From Octopus bimaculoides (Eukaryota): a DNA stretch of 64,000 nt. This document shows, in pieces, positions 1-13,058 of the stretch. Position numbers and translations under genes: made by a program. Under the pieces are notes generated by a model. It was not told where the DNA came from. It made no database searches and was given only the letters and a program-made list of their open reading frames with translations. The DNA lies in contig NC_068982.1 in assembly GCF_001194135.2 (NCBI RefSeq), positions 38,568,613 through 38,632,612 on the forward strand, in the 5' to 3' direction. Position 1 is the first letter of the stretch. The number at the start of each line of letters is the position of its first letter.

Positions 1-108
1 GTTGATTAGTCCAATGAAAAATTCTTCAAGACAGAGGTCCAGCATGGCTACAATCTAATGACTAAAGTAAGTAAAAGATAAAAAAAAGGAGATATCTGTC
101 TATCGATA

Positions 109-168
<60 letters not shown>

Positions 169-974
169 CATACATACATGTTTGTGCTTTCCTGTCTTGG
201 CATTACTTGAAAGTTGTAAATAAGTAAATGAGTGTCACTGTCGCAGGAGAAATGTCAACCATTTCCACTATTCTGTGGAAATGTCTGGTTATGGAAAATA
301 TCTTTTTTTGGAAACAGGTGAGGGTTGGCGACAGGAAAGGCATCTTGCCATAGAAAAAATCTGTTGAAAAACAAACTGTCTGACCCATGCAAGCATGAAA
401 AAGGATGATGATGATGGATGTATATAAAATATCTATTTCTATCTGTTAACATGTGTACTTTTGTGCTGTGTTTGACTTTGTTAAATAAAAACAACAACAA
501 CATTATTGTTGTTTAGTTTTCAGGTCAGCCCTAACACTTAAGGTCAAAGATATATATATATATATATATATTCCAGGCATGATCATCTCATCATTTTGCA
601 AATCAAGGAAAATATTACCTAACGTAAACTTTCTTTAAGAAATTAGGTTGTGATTTGAGGGGATTTTGGTTGCGATTTCTACTATGTTAAGCTATCATGA
701 AAAGGCTCCTTAACTGGTTCCTGTATCTGTGTATCAAATATTTTTGTAGGTATCAACCTGGTTTCACAACAATAAACATATTTTCAGATGAATTGTATAA
801 AAAATAAATTGTATAAGAATGCTGTTCAGAAGACTAACAGAAAGAATTATGATGCTACCCAGGGTGCACTCTTCAAGCACAGTATTGCTGCAACACAGTC
901 TCATTAGTTTCAGGATGCATAACAGTCAATGAAGTAATTTGTGTGTGTGTGGGTATGTGAAGAGAGAATATATA

Positions 975-1110
<136 letters not shown>

Positions 1111-1805
1111 AAGAGAGAACATAATCTGTTATAAGTTCCATATAATGTGATAAACATAAACTTCTATTTAAGACTTGAACCTGCGTAACGAGTGCTTAGC
1201 TATTGATTTCTAATAAACGTATAATCAGCTTTCTCCCCACCACATACACACACACACACATTCCCTTCAAAATATTTTAATTGCTTATGTGTTTCTTTCT
1301 TCCTAGATCTTATGCAGAGGTTAAATCCCCTACCCCACCACACATGTGTGTGTTTGTACACATAAACATACATATACAAACATACACACATACATACACA
1401 CACACACATACATACATGCATACATACATACACATACATACATATTAAGTAATGGGTTTTAAACTTAAAAACCTTATTAAGGTTGTTGTTCTTTTTTAAT
1501 ACTTGAGACACGTTTATTGAAAATCGTCTCACTATCTTTGACTAAGTTTAAACAACATTTTTTTAATTATAAATGATGAATATATTTCTAGATATACAAA
1601 TTTATCAAAAGACTGAAAAATAAGTCTTAACTCTTAACAACCCCGTCCGTTTTACTGTAAATAGTTGCCAGCAAATTCTTGTACAAACATGAGCTTGCAG
1701 ATAGTGTATACTAACTATAAAGTAAAGCACTGAGTTTATTTACAGATAAACTAATAAGTAGGTATACATAGGTGAATAAAAATAAACAAATATGAACTAG
1801 CAAAA

Positions 1806-2643
1806 TACAAAGTGAATTCCAGAAGTTTTGAGACTTGTTTAGGGGAGGCAGTTACAACTGTTCTAGATTATTGTAATTTTAGTACATATATCATTACTAT
1901 ACATTAAACATTATACAACTTATAACAAACTACTAGACAGAGGTGGGCATCAAAACTCTTCTTCACCCACCCTACAGGCTAAACCTTGTTCTCTGTGACT
2001 TTTGGTTGTTACCCAAGCTGAATGAGAACCTCGAGGGCAATTGTTTTGAAGATGAAAGAGGCTGTGACAAGGGTCCTACTCTCTCGTTTTACTTGTTTCA
2101 GTCATTTGACTGTGGCCATGCTGGAGCACCGCCTTTAGTCGAGCATATCGACCCCAGGACTTATTCTTTGTAAGCCTAGTACTTATTCTATCGGTCTCTT
2201 TTGCCGAACCGCTAAGTTACGGGGACGTAAACACACCAGCATCGGTTGTCAAGCGATGCTGGGGGACAAACACAGACACACAAACATATACATGTATATG
2301 ACGGGCTTCTTTCAGTTTCCATCTACCAAATCCACTTACAAGGCTTTGGGCGGTCCGAGGCTATAGCAGAAGACACTTGCCCAAGGTGCCACGCAGTGGG
2401 ACTGAACCCGGAACCATGTGGTTGGTAAGCAAGCTACTTACCACACAGCCACTCCTACGCTGATATGTTCTGGACATCTTCACTATAGAAGAATTCCATA
2501 GGGCCTTCACAAAGTGGCTGGAGTGTTACAATAAATGCATTGAAATCAGAGGATCCTATTTTGAAGATCAGAATTTTGTACTCCTTTGAAATTAATACAT
2601 GACTCCTGAAAAAAGTCTGAAAATTTCTGGAATGCACATTGTA
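1806..2643 (+). mobile_element. Internally deleted mariner (Tc1/mariner) element, interrupted by a SINE
   Basis: Imperfect TIRs (tacaaagtgaattccagaagttttgagactt versus the reverse complement tacaatgtgcattccagaaattttcagactt) with TA ends. It encodes HPPYRLNLVLCDFWLLPKLNENLEG, matching the mariner HPPYSPDLAPCDF motif, and resumes after the SINE as ...KWLECYNKCIEIRGSYFE. Confidence 0.85.
2078..2457 (-). mobile_element. Full-length SINE (family D: GCTGTGTGGTAAG...GGTTCAGTCCCACTGCGTGGCACCTTGGGCAAG...GGTGCTCCAGCATGGCC)
   Basis: tRNA-like head and a shared body. Related full or partial copies at about 5690-5835(-), 9290-9465(-), 13180-13495(-), 19545-19720(+), 22455-22540(-), 32630-32790(-), 34485-34600(+), 39860-40000(+), 51400-51545(+), 51580-51992(-), 53225-53490(+) and 62680-63050(+). 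Confidence 0.9.
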
Positions 2644-2769
2644 GTTACTTTTGTTTTTTTTGTTTTGTAACACAGATTAAAGTGAGATTTTTAGTGAAGC
2701 AACTTTGTTTAAAATAACAAGATTTTAGTAATTTTAGGTTTTGCTGTTAATATCAAAGTTAAGAGTGAA

Positions 2770-3225
2770 CAACAGTGGGTGGCAGACTTAGTAGAACATC
2801 AAACAAAAGCCTTGCAATATTTAGATCAGGGTTCCAATCCTGCTAGTCAACCTTCATTTTCATCTTTTCGAAGTTGATAAAATAAGTATCATTCAAGTAA
2901 CAAAGTCAATTTGATTACAGCTTCTCAAAATAATTTGCAGTCATGTGCAAAAGTAAGAAATCATTATTATAGCTAAAAGGAAAGAAGTCAAGTAACGGGA
3001 AAATAGCTGGTAGAATCATTACTGAATAAAATGCTTAGCAGCATTTCTTCTATCTCTCTACATTCTGAGTTCAAATGCCACCAAGGTCAATGCTGTTTGT
3101 CATCCTTTCAGATTTGATAAAATAAACACAGTTTAACAGTGGGTGGATGGGTGGGAGTCAATGCGATCCCTTTCTCCTCCCCTCAAAATTGTTGGCCTTG
3201 TGCCAAAATCAGAGAGAATCATTTA
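2770..3225 (+). mobile_element. Two head-to-tail SINE copies (family E: GCTGGCAGAATCGTTAG...GAGTTCAAAT...GGCCTTGTGCC)
   Basis: Homologous to the well-preserved copy at 35633-35855; A-box-like and B-box-like motifs present. Confidence 0.75.
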
Positions 3226-3676
3226 GTTTCATTCTTCTACAATCTAATTTCTAATTTCACTGATCTTAACTGTACCTTTTGCTCTTCTGGAATCAACAAA
3301 ATAAATACCAATCATGTATCGAAATTTCAGATGATTAACTATACTCTGTGTAAAGGTAGATTAGTCAAGAAGTTTACATTGCAATCATGAGGGCCTGGAT
3401 TCAGTGCCAATGTGGGGCATCTTAGTTTAAAGCATACCAAGGTTAACTTTGTTTTTCATCCTTTTAAAGAAGATAGAAAAGTACTATTTAAGTACCAAGG
3501 TTGAAATAGTTAAATGTTTCCATCCCACCCTGCTATAGCTTGTAAAGGGCTGTTACCAGTACTGCTGCCATTCATTATCCAGCCCCTCCTCTTCCCCTTC
3601 CTCATCCTTCTCCTCTGTTTGCTGCTCACTCACTGTTCCCACAGATCCAGAAATGGTCATTTAGCCCATATAACTA

Positions 3677-3903
3677 TTAACTGTTTAGCATTTAAACTAG
3701 CCTTATCTACCCCAAAGATTCTACCTGTTTTATGTTGCAACAGGCCAAATCTGGCCTCTCAGACCCATCCTGCTAGGTGATTTTAAAAATAAACAATTAC
3801 ATCATTGAAATCTCAAGCTATGAGATAATGAATGAATAATTCAAAACAATGTGAATAAATAAGCAATACACTTGACAAAGTAATCTGGCTGCTAAAAGGA
3901 TAA
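3677..3903. mobile_element. Degenerate piggyBac-like MITE
   Basis: Ends ttaactgtttagcattt and gctgctaaaaggataa resemble TTAA-CCCTTTAGCA...TGCTAAAGGG-TTAA inverted termini; both ends are mutated. Confidence 0.45.
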
Positions 3904-4176
3904 ACTTTCTACAGCATAATTGTCAACCTCTAATATGTCAGGAAAAAAAAAAAAAGAGGGGGAGAGGTGGAAGAAGAAAAAAAACACACCAGTAATTTTT
4001 TTAACTATACAAGGAAAGATACCACAGAGTATTTTTACCATACTCAAACTTTATTTTTATTAGTAATAGTAAAGGATCAGCAGTGGTTAAGGTACAATAA
4101 TTTTCAGAAATTTAAAACCAATTAAAACCTTTATCTATCCCTTGTGCCTCTATAAGAAATAATTATTATAGCTAAC

Positions 4177-4252
4177 CTCTTGTAGTAAACAGTATAGAAT
4201 ATGAGACAAGACCCTGGGCAGTCAGAGTCTGTGAACTGGTTTCAATTCCAAG
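4177..4252 (-). CDS. Candidate internal exon (LGIETSSQTLTAQGLVSYSILFTTR)
   Basis: Acceptor gttgtttaatttcag, 76 nt open in phase 0, donor AG|gttagc. Confidence 0.5.
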
Positions 4253-6073
4253 CTGAAATTAAACAACTTCTCTTACACAGATACCATAATTGAGAAATTT
4301 ATGAAAATTATGAATACTGCATATGTAGTATTCATTTCCTCTTTTAAAAAGATATCTGACCTCACATTGAAGTAAGATATCATGTTAACTGTGTTGGAAG
4401 CAGAACACTCACAAGGTAACATAGCACAGGTTTGAATTCTTTTAAGTAGACCACCTTAGTAAATCAATGTTTCATGTTCAAATCTTGCCAAAGCCGTGAT
4501 TGTCTTTCATATGCACAAATGAAGTGTGATCAATTAAATGAAATATAACCCCTTGCCTAGAAAATTGGCCAAGTGCCCAGAAAAAAATGAGGAAAAAAAA
4601 ATCATTACTACTGCCAAGGAAACCATGACCATAATTAATTAAAGGAGGTAATCAATACTATCCCTCCACCCACACAAATTATGTAGTGTTGTATGTGTCT
4701 GTGTGTTTAAGTATGAGCACAAATGTGTGCACAAATAGTGCATGCAGAATGTATAGCAGTAGTACAGAATAATAAATAAATAAATAATGGAATAAAATAA
4801 ATATATGTGTGTGTGTGTATGTCTTTGTGTGTGTGTGTATAGATAATATATATATATATATATATAAACGTATATGTCAGTGGGAATAAAATAAATATAT
4901 GTATGTCTGTGTATATATGTGTGTGTGTGAGAGTGTGTGTGTGTATAGATAGTATCTATATATATATAAACGTATATGTCAGTGTCTGCATGTATGCATT
5001 ATTTGTAAGTACATATGTGTGTGTATATATATAGACACACACACATTTATATATATACACACACACACACACATATATATATACATACACAGAAACACAC
5101 ATATTTGTGTGTGGGTGTGAGGGCTTTTTTTTTGTTTTGTTTCATCTCTGTCACGTTTAAAATGACAATGGTGTTTTGATTTTCATATTTCAATTGCATT
5201 TCCTGATGAAACAGTTTACTCATCATACTCAAATTAATTGATTATGTATTTTCATATATTAATTATGTAATGATTATATGGCTACGGATGATTGTATTTT
5301 AACAGTGGAAACAGCTGTAGAACTTAAGAATGAAATTTTGAAATATCAGGGAGATCATTGCTTTTTGTTCATACTTGCTCCATCATCATTATTTTAATGT
5401 CCACTTTCCCCATACACACATGGGTTAAATGGAATTTGTTGAGGCAGATTTTCTACAGCTAGACTCACTTCCTTTCAGCATCCCTCAACTGTTTCTAAGT
5501 AAGGTAATATTTCTCCATGACCAGACATGCTTTTACAGAAAGCAAAACAGGGTACATCAGTTTGATGCTTGAGAAAAATGGGAAAGGTCCTTGATGCTTC
5601 AATCCTACACTCTTCTACATAAAGGAATGGGGGAAAAAAACAGAGGGAAAGAAAAAAAAAATGGAGAGGAAAAAACGTCTATATATATACACACATGCAA
5701 CAAGCTTCTTTCCATTCAGAAAGCCTTGGTTGGGTTGGGGATATAGTAGAAGACACTTGCCCAAGGTGCCGTACAATAGGACTGAATGCAAAACCATGTG
5801 GTTGGGAGGCAAACTTCTTACCAAAAGTCATGCAATGTAAGTAATGGAGAAGAAAGTGAGAAATCAACAGCACACTGAAGATTGATAATTTCTGGTAATA
5901 GAATGGTTAGTGTTAATACGGTACTAATGGTTTCATGCTGAATCTTAGCAATTTTTAGCAATTATTCAACTGCAGAAAGAAAGGGTTAATTAAACTGGAT
6001 AATGGGATGTGAACATTTAGGGATTATACTAAAAGCTATTTCCCTTGTTCTGATTGTTTTGCAAATCACTCAC

Positions 6074-6162
6074 AACTTTGATATGCAAACTTTTATGCAT
6101 AGATATGATATATGATATGAAAACTCTATCACCATGTAGATTCAGAATAGTTGACTGATATT
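6074..6162 (-). CDS. Candidate internal exon (EYQSTILNLHGDRVFISYIISMHKSLHIKV)
   Basis: Acceptor catatcttcatacag, 89 nt open, donor gtgagt. Ends in phase 0, matching the 4252 exon. Confidence 0.5.
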
Positions 6163-6809
6163 CTGTATGAAGATATGTACTGGAATATGTATATGCACAA
6201 ATACAAACATATTGGTAGGGCATTGTATACACATACAGAAAAGAATAATGGTAGTATTACAATTGTATGACAGCAGTTGTGCTCAATTCTACATATAGTC
6301 ACTCAGGTATATGATATGCATTACTGATGTGCTATAAAGTTCATTGGAATGTTTGTATGCATATGTACACCCAAGGGTGTATAAATCTCACTCACACAAA
6401 TGCATAATCACACATCATTGTTGATCCGAATATGTAATTATAGAAAATTCATGTAACAAGTAATAATATGCATTCAATTATATGTAGAAGTCAACAAACT
6501 GTGCATAATATGATATAAATTATAAGTGCAAAATACATGTAAGAACCTGTAGAGTGCAGCATGACATGGCTTCTATTGACCCAGTGCGACAGTGGAAAGG
6601 TAGTAAATTAGGTGACAAGGTAGCGATTATCTATAATAGGAATGAGTTTGCAGAGATAAATAAGTTTTTATAGAGCAATATACTGAGAAGAATAAAAAGA
6701 ATAAAAAGCAAAGATCTCACTAATATTTGAAAATTTCATTTTTAAGTCCCACAGCTGTTTTTAGAGCTAAAATACAAACATTATCATTCATATAATAATT
6801 ACATAATTG

Positions 6810-7135
6810 GGTAATGGGTAAAGACATCCTTCAGTCATGAATGACCATGGGATTGCCCCTAGAAAGTTCCCCTCCAAGGCACAAGTCCAGGCAAGGTTGT
6901 TCATAGAAGACCAGCAGTCGCCCATGTATATCAACCTCCCCGCTTTATGCCAATGATGTTCTCCAAGAGAAAGCCAAAGGTGATGTTGCAACTCATTTCT
7001 ACAGCTGAGTGAACTGGAGCAACATGAAATAAAGTGTCTTGCTCAAGAACACAAACACAGCCTCGTCTGGGAATCGAACTCACTACCTCATGATTGTGAG
7101 CCTGATGCTCTAACCACTGAGCCATGCGCCTTCAC
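6810..7135 (-). mobile_element. SINE family C (GAAGGCGCATGGCTCAGTGGTTAGAGC...GTTCGATTCC...TTGAGCAAGACAC)
   Basis: tRNA-derived head with A and B boxes. Homologous to 7872-8206(-), 31035-31372(+) and the partial copy 53520-53665(-). Confidence 0.9.
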
Positions 7136-7234
7136 ATATTACATAATTAACATGTAAAAATATGTAATTAATATGTGTGTGTGTGTATGTTATATATTTA
7201 TATATGCTATATATACATGCAATCTCAACTTTAC

Positions 7235-7299
7235 CAGTGAATACACTTAACATGAAGGAGTAAACATTTACAACTCGTTCACATACAAAACAATTCAAA
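7235..7299 (-). CDS. Candidate internal exon (xLNCFVCERVVNVYSFMLSVFT)
   Basis: Acceptor gaagttttgcag, donor gtaaag. Its final G joins the AA of the 6162 exon to make GAA. It starts in phase 2, so a further exon that I did not find would be needed after 12936. Confidence 0.33.
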
Positions 7300-7871
7300 C
7301 TGCAAAACTTCAAATATGTTTCAGTCCTTACCAAACAACAAATCTAACCTGACTAACCCAGATCTTTCCAACCCACCATCCCTTTCACCGCTAAATACAT
7401 CATCCATTCCAACATACAACAAACTAATTACATCATTATACCATTCACCACCATGTCAAACTAATTGGATGTTACCCTGTAAATATAGCTGAAATTGATG
7501 CATAAAGCTTGTGCAGAACACTCCTGCTCAGATAATTCAATAAAAATTGAGGAAAAGCAGTAACTTTACAATGGGGTTAAATTTGGAGTTTGTATTTTTA
7601 GGTAGTGCACAAACCAATTATTGTAGCATACCAGCTGTCTTGTACAGGACTTTTTGTAAATAGTTATCAAACTTTTATTTTTTTTAATGGAGTGGGTGGT
7701 GATTTTAATTGCTATTGTGGTGAATGGTGTAATAGCGTTCTTTGTTGTTGGGATGGTTGAAGGATTTGGAGAGGGGAAGGGCAGAAAGTTGTCATTTATA
7801 TGCATAAATATGTTGCTCTTTTAACCCTATCGAACACAGACTTGGTCTGTGATATATTGAGGAAGGAAGGA

Positions 7872-8206
7872 AGGACCTCCTTTGGTCATGAATGACCATG
7901 GGATTGCACTTAGAAAGTTATTCTCCGAGGCACAAGTCTGGGCAAGGTATTTTATGGAAGACTAGCAGTCGCCGATGAATACCAGCCTCCCCTCTCCATG
8001 CCACTGATGTTATCTGAGGGAAAGGTAAAGATCGATACAATTTGGCACCAGTGACATCGTAACTCATTTCTATAGCTGAGTGAACTGAAGCAACATGAGA
8101 TAAAGTGTCTTGCTCAAGAACAAAAAACACAGCCTGGTCCAGGAATTGATCTCACTACCTCATGATTGTGAGCCTTATGCTCTAACCATTCAGCCATGCA
8201 CCTTCA
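7872..8206 (-). mobile_element. SINE family C copy
   Basis: Colinear similarity to 6810-7135 over about 330 nt. Confidence 0.88.
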
Positions 8207-8242
8207 GATAAATAGTACATATAAGGAACTCCATGTGGTAGT

Positions 8243-9250
8243 ATGTACATCATATCCATCTTTGCCTCAAATCATAATGGTAAGTTTGAGGAGGGCTTTA
8301 TATTGAGAAAAGAAGTGTTAACAAAATTATATCAGCACATCAATCTACTTCTGTTGGACGACTTCAACTTTTCAAGCATCAAATTACCCAAAAGAATGTC
8401 ATGTGATGAACAAAATCAGTATCTCACTAAAATGATGTTCATGGAGCAATAATACTTTACCTGATCATGAATAACAACATCATGGAACTGATAACCTAGA
8501 ATTCATCTACATGTGGAGATAAGACAATTTTGTAAAGACCATAATACAATAAAATCAAAGCTAATCAAAGATTTATGCTACAGAGGAAGGAACTAATTCC
8601 TCTCCAGTCAGAACTACTACAAGGCTGTTTGGAAATCAGTTTAAAAATAGAAGGTGAAACAAAATTGGCCAAAAAATATTCCTGTGGAAGACAATAACAT
8701 GAAACTTAAATTTTTGTCAGTAATGCATGCCATATGCATTAAATTTTCCCAAGAGACAGGAAAGCTGTTATGAGACAAAGAATAAAGATTTCAAATTGCT
8801 TAAATATACAATTTAATGAGAGCAAGAAGTCCCACTTAAAAATAGTATTTTCAGAAAAGAAAATAAACTCAAATTCTACAATGAAAAGAAGAGGGAAGAA
8901 AAGGGAACTGAAACAGTTGAAAATATAAAGATAAAACCTACAGCCATCTACAAAATTATAAAAAAATTCATCTCAGTTTGAAGAACATGGTTCACTGACT
9001 GCAAACTGACAAAGGCTAAATGAAATACTAAATAAGCAATTCCATAGAGTTTCCTACTGGGAAATATGCAAATAAATAAGCCTAATGAGTTCTTCAACAC
9101 TGTAATTTTACACAAGGAAAAGGCAGCTATTGATCATTGGTGGAGGATGTAGTATCAGCCATTGATAAGACAAACTTGAGCTCAGCAAAGGGCTCTCATG
9201 GTTTTCCAATTAATCTTTTAAAAACATGCAAGAAAGCTCTGGCAAAAACT
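8243..9250 (+). pseudogene. Decayed CR1/L2-group LINE ORF2 (AP-endonuclease to RT N-terminus)
   Basis: LLLLDDFNFSSIK resembles the APE GDFN motif. DVVSAIDKTNLSSAKGSHGFPINLLKTCKKALAK resembles the K-A-PGPDG-LLK pre-RT motif. Many stops and frameshifts. Confidence 0.55.
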
Positions 9251-9529
9251 ACTGCACACACACACACACACACACACACGCTACAGGCTGGCACACATAT
9301 GTACATACATAAGGCCTCCTTCAGTTTCTGTCTATTTAATCCATTCTTTAGTTGGTGTAGGTCTATAGTAGAAGAGACTTAGCAATGGTGGTGTGTAGAG
9401 GAACTGAACCCCAAAACACATGATTTGAAAGTGAACTTTGTAACTACAACCATATGCCTGCATCTAAACATTATATGTATATACATATATGAACGTATGT
9501 ATAGCTACACACACACACACACACACACT

Positions 9530-10430
9530 TGTCTATTGCAGTCTTCTGGACCATAACAGAGATTTTAAGACTGGTTATCTATGGGAATACCTATATGCTG
9601 ATGGTCTTATTCTTATAGCTAAATCTGTGGACAATTTGGAGAAATTCCAAATACAGAAGCAAACTATAGAATTGAAGGGTCTTAAAGTATACTTTGTTAA
9701 AACTAAACTTATGCTAATTAGAAAAGAAGGCAGGACTGTGTTGCCTTCAGGGAAATGGTTATACTCAGTGTGCAGAAAAGAAATAGGTAGAAACTCTAAA
9801 CAGTGCATCCAGTATAAACCTGAGCACATAAGAAGTGTAGTGAGAGCACAGACAGGTTAACAGTAAAGGTAACCCATGACATGTGGTCAGGCGTATGAAT
9901 CATGAAGAGCACCTGGGATATAGATTCTCTTAATTACTTGGAAGTTTTCCTGTCACAAAAGTAACCTAATTAGCAATGTGAGTAGCTGCTCTTAAAGAAT
10001 CATAGCCTAAGTAAGAACATGGAAAAAGTTAAAGAAGCAACTACATTTGCTAGCAATAAAGGGCTTCTCCCTTAGAGTGAAGGGCAAATGTTTGTATGTA
10101 AAATGCTGCTGAGACTAAGACATAAGCCTTGAATGTAGAGGAATTACAGATGTATAATGTTAGTGTAATGTGTAATGCATGAACAGTACAATACAAATGA
10201 GCTGAGGGAAAAGCTGTGTATAAGAGGAATTAGATGGTGTATGCAAAGAGAAGACTGTATTGGTAAGGGTATGTGATGCATATGATGATTGCAATTGCAT
10301 AAAATATTGTGTTAAATGTTCAAAGTGGTGGTACTTGTGGAAGAAGAAAACTTAGAAAATTTATGAGATGAAGTGGTGAAAATTGATATCAAGATGCTGG
10401 ATTTCAGAAAAGAGATAACAAAGGAGTGCA
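9530..10430 (+). pseudogene. Decayed RTE LINE 3' part
   Basis: WEYLYADGLILIA...ELKGLKVYFVKTKLM...GKWLYSVCRKEIGRNS; colinear with 47650-48160. Confidence 0.85.
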
Positions 10431-11042
10431 GTAATTGGTGATATGGTGCTGTTGGAGAAAACCTGCACTCTGGTGCACACATAGCACAGAGAACACTTAA
10501 AAAGAATAAATATGGATGATGACTGAGTTGCATCCATCCTCAGTTCTCCCCTCTCTCTATTACACTCTCCTTCCCTTTCTATCACTGCTTTTACAGCATT
10601 CATCCACCTACCTCTCTCTCTCTCTCTCACTTATCTCCCCCTCTCTAACATATCACTCTTTCTCTAACCTATCTCCATGACACTACCCCACTGACTTTTT
10701 CTGGTCCTTTCCCCACTTCTTCTTTGGTTCCTTTCACCAATGTATCTGGTTATTTTTCATGCACCCCTTCAAAAATAATCACCCTTATAACATGGGGTAA
10801 TATTAAATCCTTTCTACTCAACTCATTCCATTGTCATTATCATTCTGTCCCTCTCTCTATTTCACTAACAACCTCCCCCTCCCAACAAAGCTCTTTCCTT
10901 TCCATTCATACCTGTTCATTTCCATTATTTTCCTTAACACTGTCTCTTCTGTTAGTCTTTCCACTACTACCAACTCACAACATTAAATTTGTCTCTCTGT
11001 TTGGATTTTATCTCTTCTCAATAATTTGCTTAAAATCATCAG

Positions 11043-11081
<39 letters not shown>

Positions 11082-11902
11082 TTTATTCTTCATTGCTGAC
11101 ATAGAGGATCTTTGGTCCTGCAAGTTATGAGATGACCTTAGAAGAACTTCACAAAAAGTACCAGCAATGAGAGGCTGATGAATCAAGCAGAGATAATGCA
11201 ATGCTGAGAGGACTCTTTAATTTTGCTAAGAGAGAGAAAGACAATTTCTATAATGCTGCTATTGCAAAAAACTAGGGAGTGAAAGAAGGGGTACTTAGTC
11301 AGTACACTGTAAAAAGTGGTTACTGTTGGGAAGGGCATCCAGCTAAAGAAATCATGTACACACACACACATAACTACAGTATAAATAAAAATATATGTGT
11401 GTGGTGTGTGTGCTTAAATATATTAGTACTTAACATGGGTATATATGTATATTTGTTTACATATATACACACATACATAAATATATGCACACATATTCAA
11501 TTGCTGTTTCAATGTCTGTTTTTTGCATGCTAGTATAGGTTAGACAAATGTATTATTCAGGCATTGTTTTACTGCCAGATGGTCATTACTAATCTTCACT
11601 TGTATTTCAAGTAAAGGATCTCTTTTTCCAACATCTTCTAGGACACAAAACCACTGGATGATCTGCTGACAAGGGAAATAACATCACCATCTGCTGTTTA
11701 GCTATTTTTATACAATCATAACTGAATCAGATGGAATTTTTTGAAGCAGATTTTCTGTCCAGATGCTCTTTCTTTCACCAATGCACACTTGTTTCCAAGC
11801 AAGGTTTCCTCATGATGGAACAAGCTTTCACTGAAGAGTGGAAATGAATGACATCATTTCTATGATGGTGACATCCATTTATAACTATCACACTAAGTCA
11901 AA

Positions 11903-12286
11903 ATTGTTGTTGGCACTCCGTTGCTTACAACATCGAGGGTTTCAGTTCATCTGATCAACGGAACACCCTGCTCGTGAAATTAACGTGCAAGTGGCTGAGC
12001 ACTCCACAGACACGTGTACCCTTAACATAGTTCTTGGGGATATTCAGTGTGACACAGTGTGACAAGGCTGGCCCTTTGAAAGACAGGCACAACAGAAACA
12101 GGAAGAAAGAGTGAGAGAAAGTTGTGGTGAAAGAGTACAGCAGGGTTCGCCACCATTCCCTGCCAAAGTCTCGTGGAGCTTTAGGTGTTTTCGCTCAATA
12201 AACACTCACAATGCCCGGTCTGGGAATCGAAATCGCGATCCTCTGATCGTGAGTCCGCTGCCCTAACCACTGGGCCATTGCGCCTC
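11903..12286 (-). mobile_element. Young full-length tRNA-derived SINE (family A) with a 14-bp TSD, nested in an older RTE-tailed element
   Basis: Head GAGGCGCAATGGCCCAGTGGTTAGGGCAGCGG...TTTCGATTCC; (AAC)n tail; direct repeat cacactaagtcaaa at 11889-11902 and 12287-12300. Confidence 0.92.
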
Positions 12287-12539
12287 CACACTAAGTCAAA
12301 GTATGAAAGCACAAACACACACACATATACATTGATGAGAAATGAGCCACACAACTATGCTCTCTTCCTCTCTCTCTCTCTCTGGCTGGGTAACCATGTA
12401 CCTCCTCTACAGCAAGACATCTGTTTCTGCCTCTGACTTTCTATCACATTCTATCCTTTCATCATCTGACACAAGATCATCTCCTCCAATGCCACCACCC
12501 CCTCTCAAAGATTCCTTGTCGTGCAAATTACTTGGTGAC

Positions 12540-12810
12540 CCTACTAGTGCTGGTGCCATGTAAAAAGCACCCAGTCCACACTGTAAAGTGGTTGGCATTT
12601 GGAAGGGTATCCAGCTGTAAAAACCATGCCAAAACTAACCTCACCTATGCTGGTGCCACGTAAAAAGCACCCAGTCCACTCTGTGGGGTGGTTGGTGTTA
12701 GGAAGGACATCCAACCATAAAAACCATGCAGAAGTCTGGTGCAGTCTTCTGTCAAACCGTCTAACCTATGCTAGCATGGAAGGTGGACGTTAAACAAGGA
12801 TGATCATCAT
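12540..12810 (+). mobile_element. RTE-tailed non-autonomous element with a duplicated GGTGCCA(C/T)GTAAAAAGCACCCAGTCCAC module
   Basis: Two tandem modules, each followed by GGAAGG(G/A)(C/T)ATCCA, ending GCATGGAAGGTGGACGTTAAAC. The same tail recurs at many loci, e.g. 330-415, 23630-23795, 43250-43415, 50970-51170 and 59365-59510. Confidence 0.8.
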
Positions 12811-12935
12811 CATCACCATCATGATCAACATCGTTTTAATATCTACTTCTCCATTCTTCCATGGGTCCAATGTGATTTTAACAGCTGGAGGCCATTCCTG
12901 AACGAGAAAAAAAAAAAAAAAACTCACACACTCAC

Positions 12936-13058
12936 CCATTTCCAAATACAGTGATAATTGCCAAGTCTATCAAATAGCAAATCCTCACATGCCTTCACAG
13001 AAGATAGAAAACAGATAACACTATTTGCATGAATGGTGAGACTTCTATTTACAATTAA
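12936..13058 (-). CDS. Putative exon 2 (LIVNRSLTIHANSVICFLSSVKACEDLLFDRLGNYHCIWKW)
   Basis: Acceptor tatattatttgcag, 123 nt open in phase 0, donor gtgagt. Non-repetitive sequence. Phase matches the 16828 donor. Confidence 0.68.

Noticed and set aside
5955-5969. Strong acceptor ctttctttctgcag after the 6074 exon
   Set aside because: All three frames stop within five codons. It could be an alternative terminal exon (LNNC*), but there is no evidence for that.
12897-12935. Strong acceptor (T)n-ctcgttcag 39 nt after the exon 2 donor
   Set aside because: The intron would be implausibly short, and the downstream sequence is a retroelement tail that ends in a stop.
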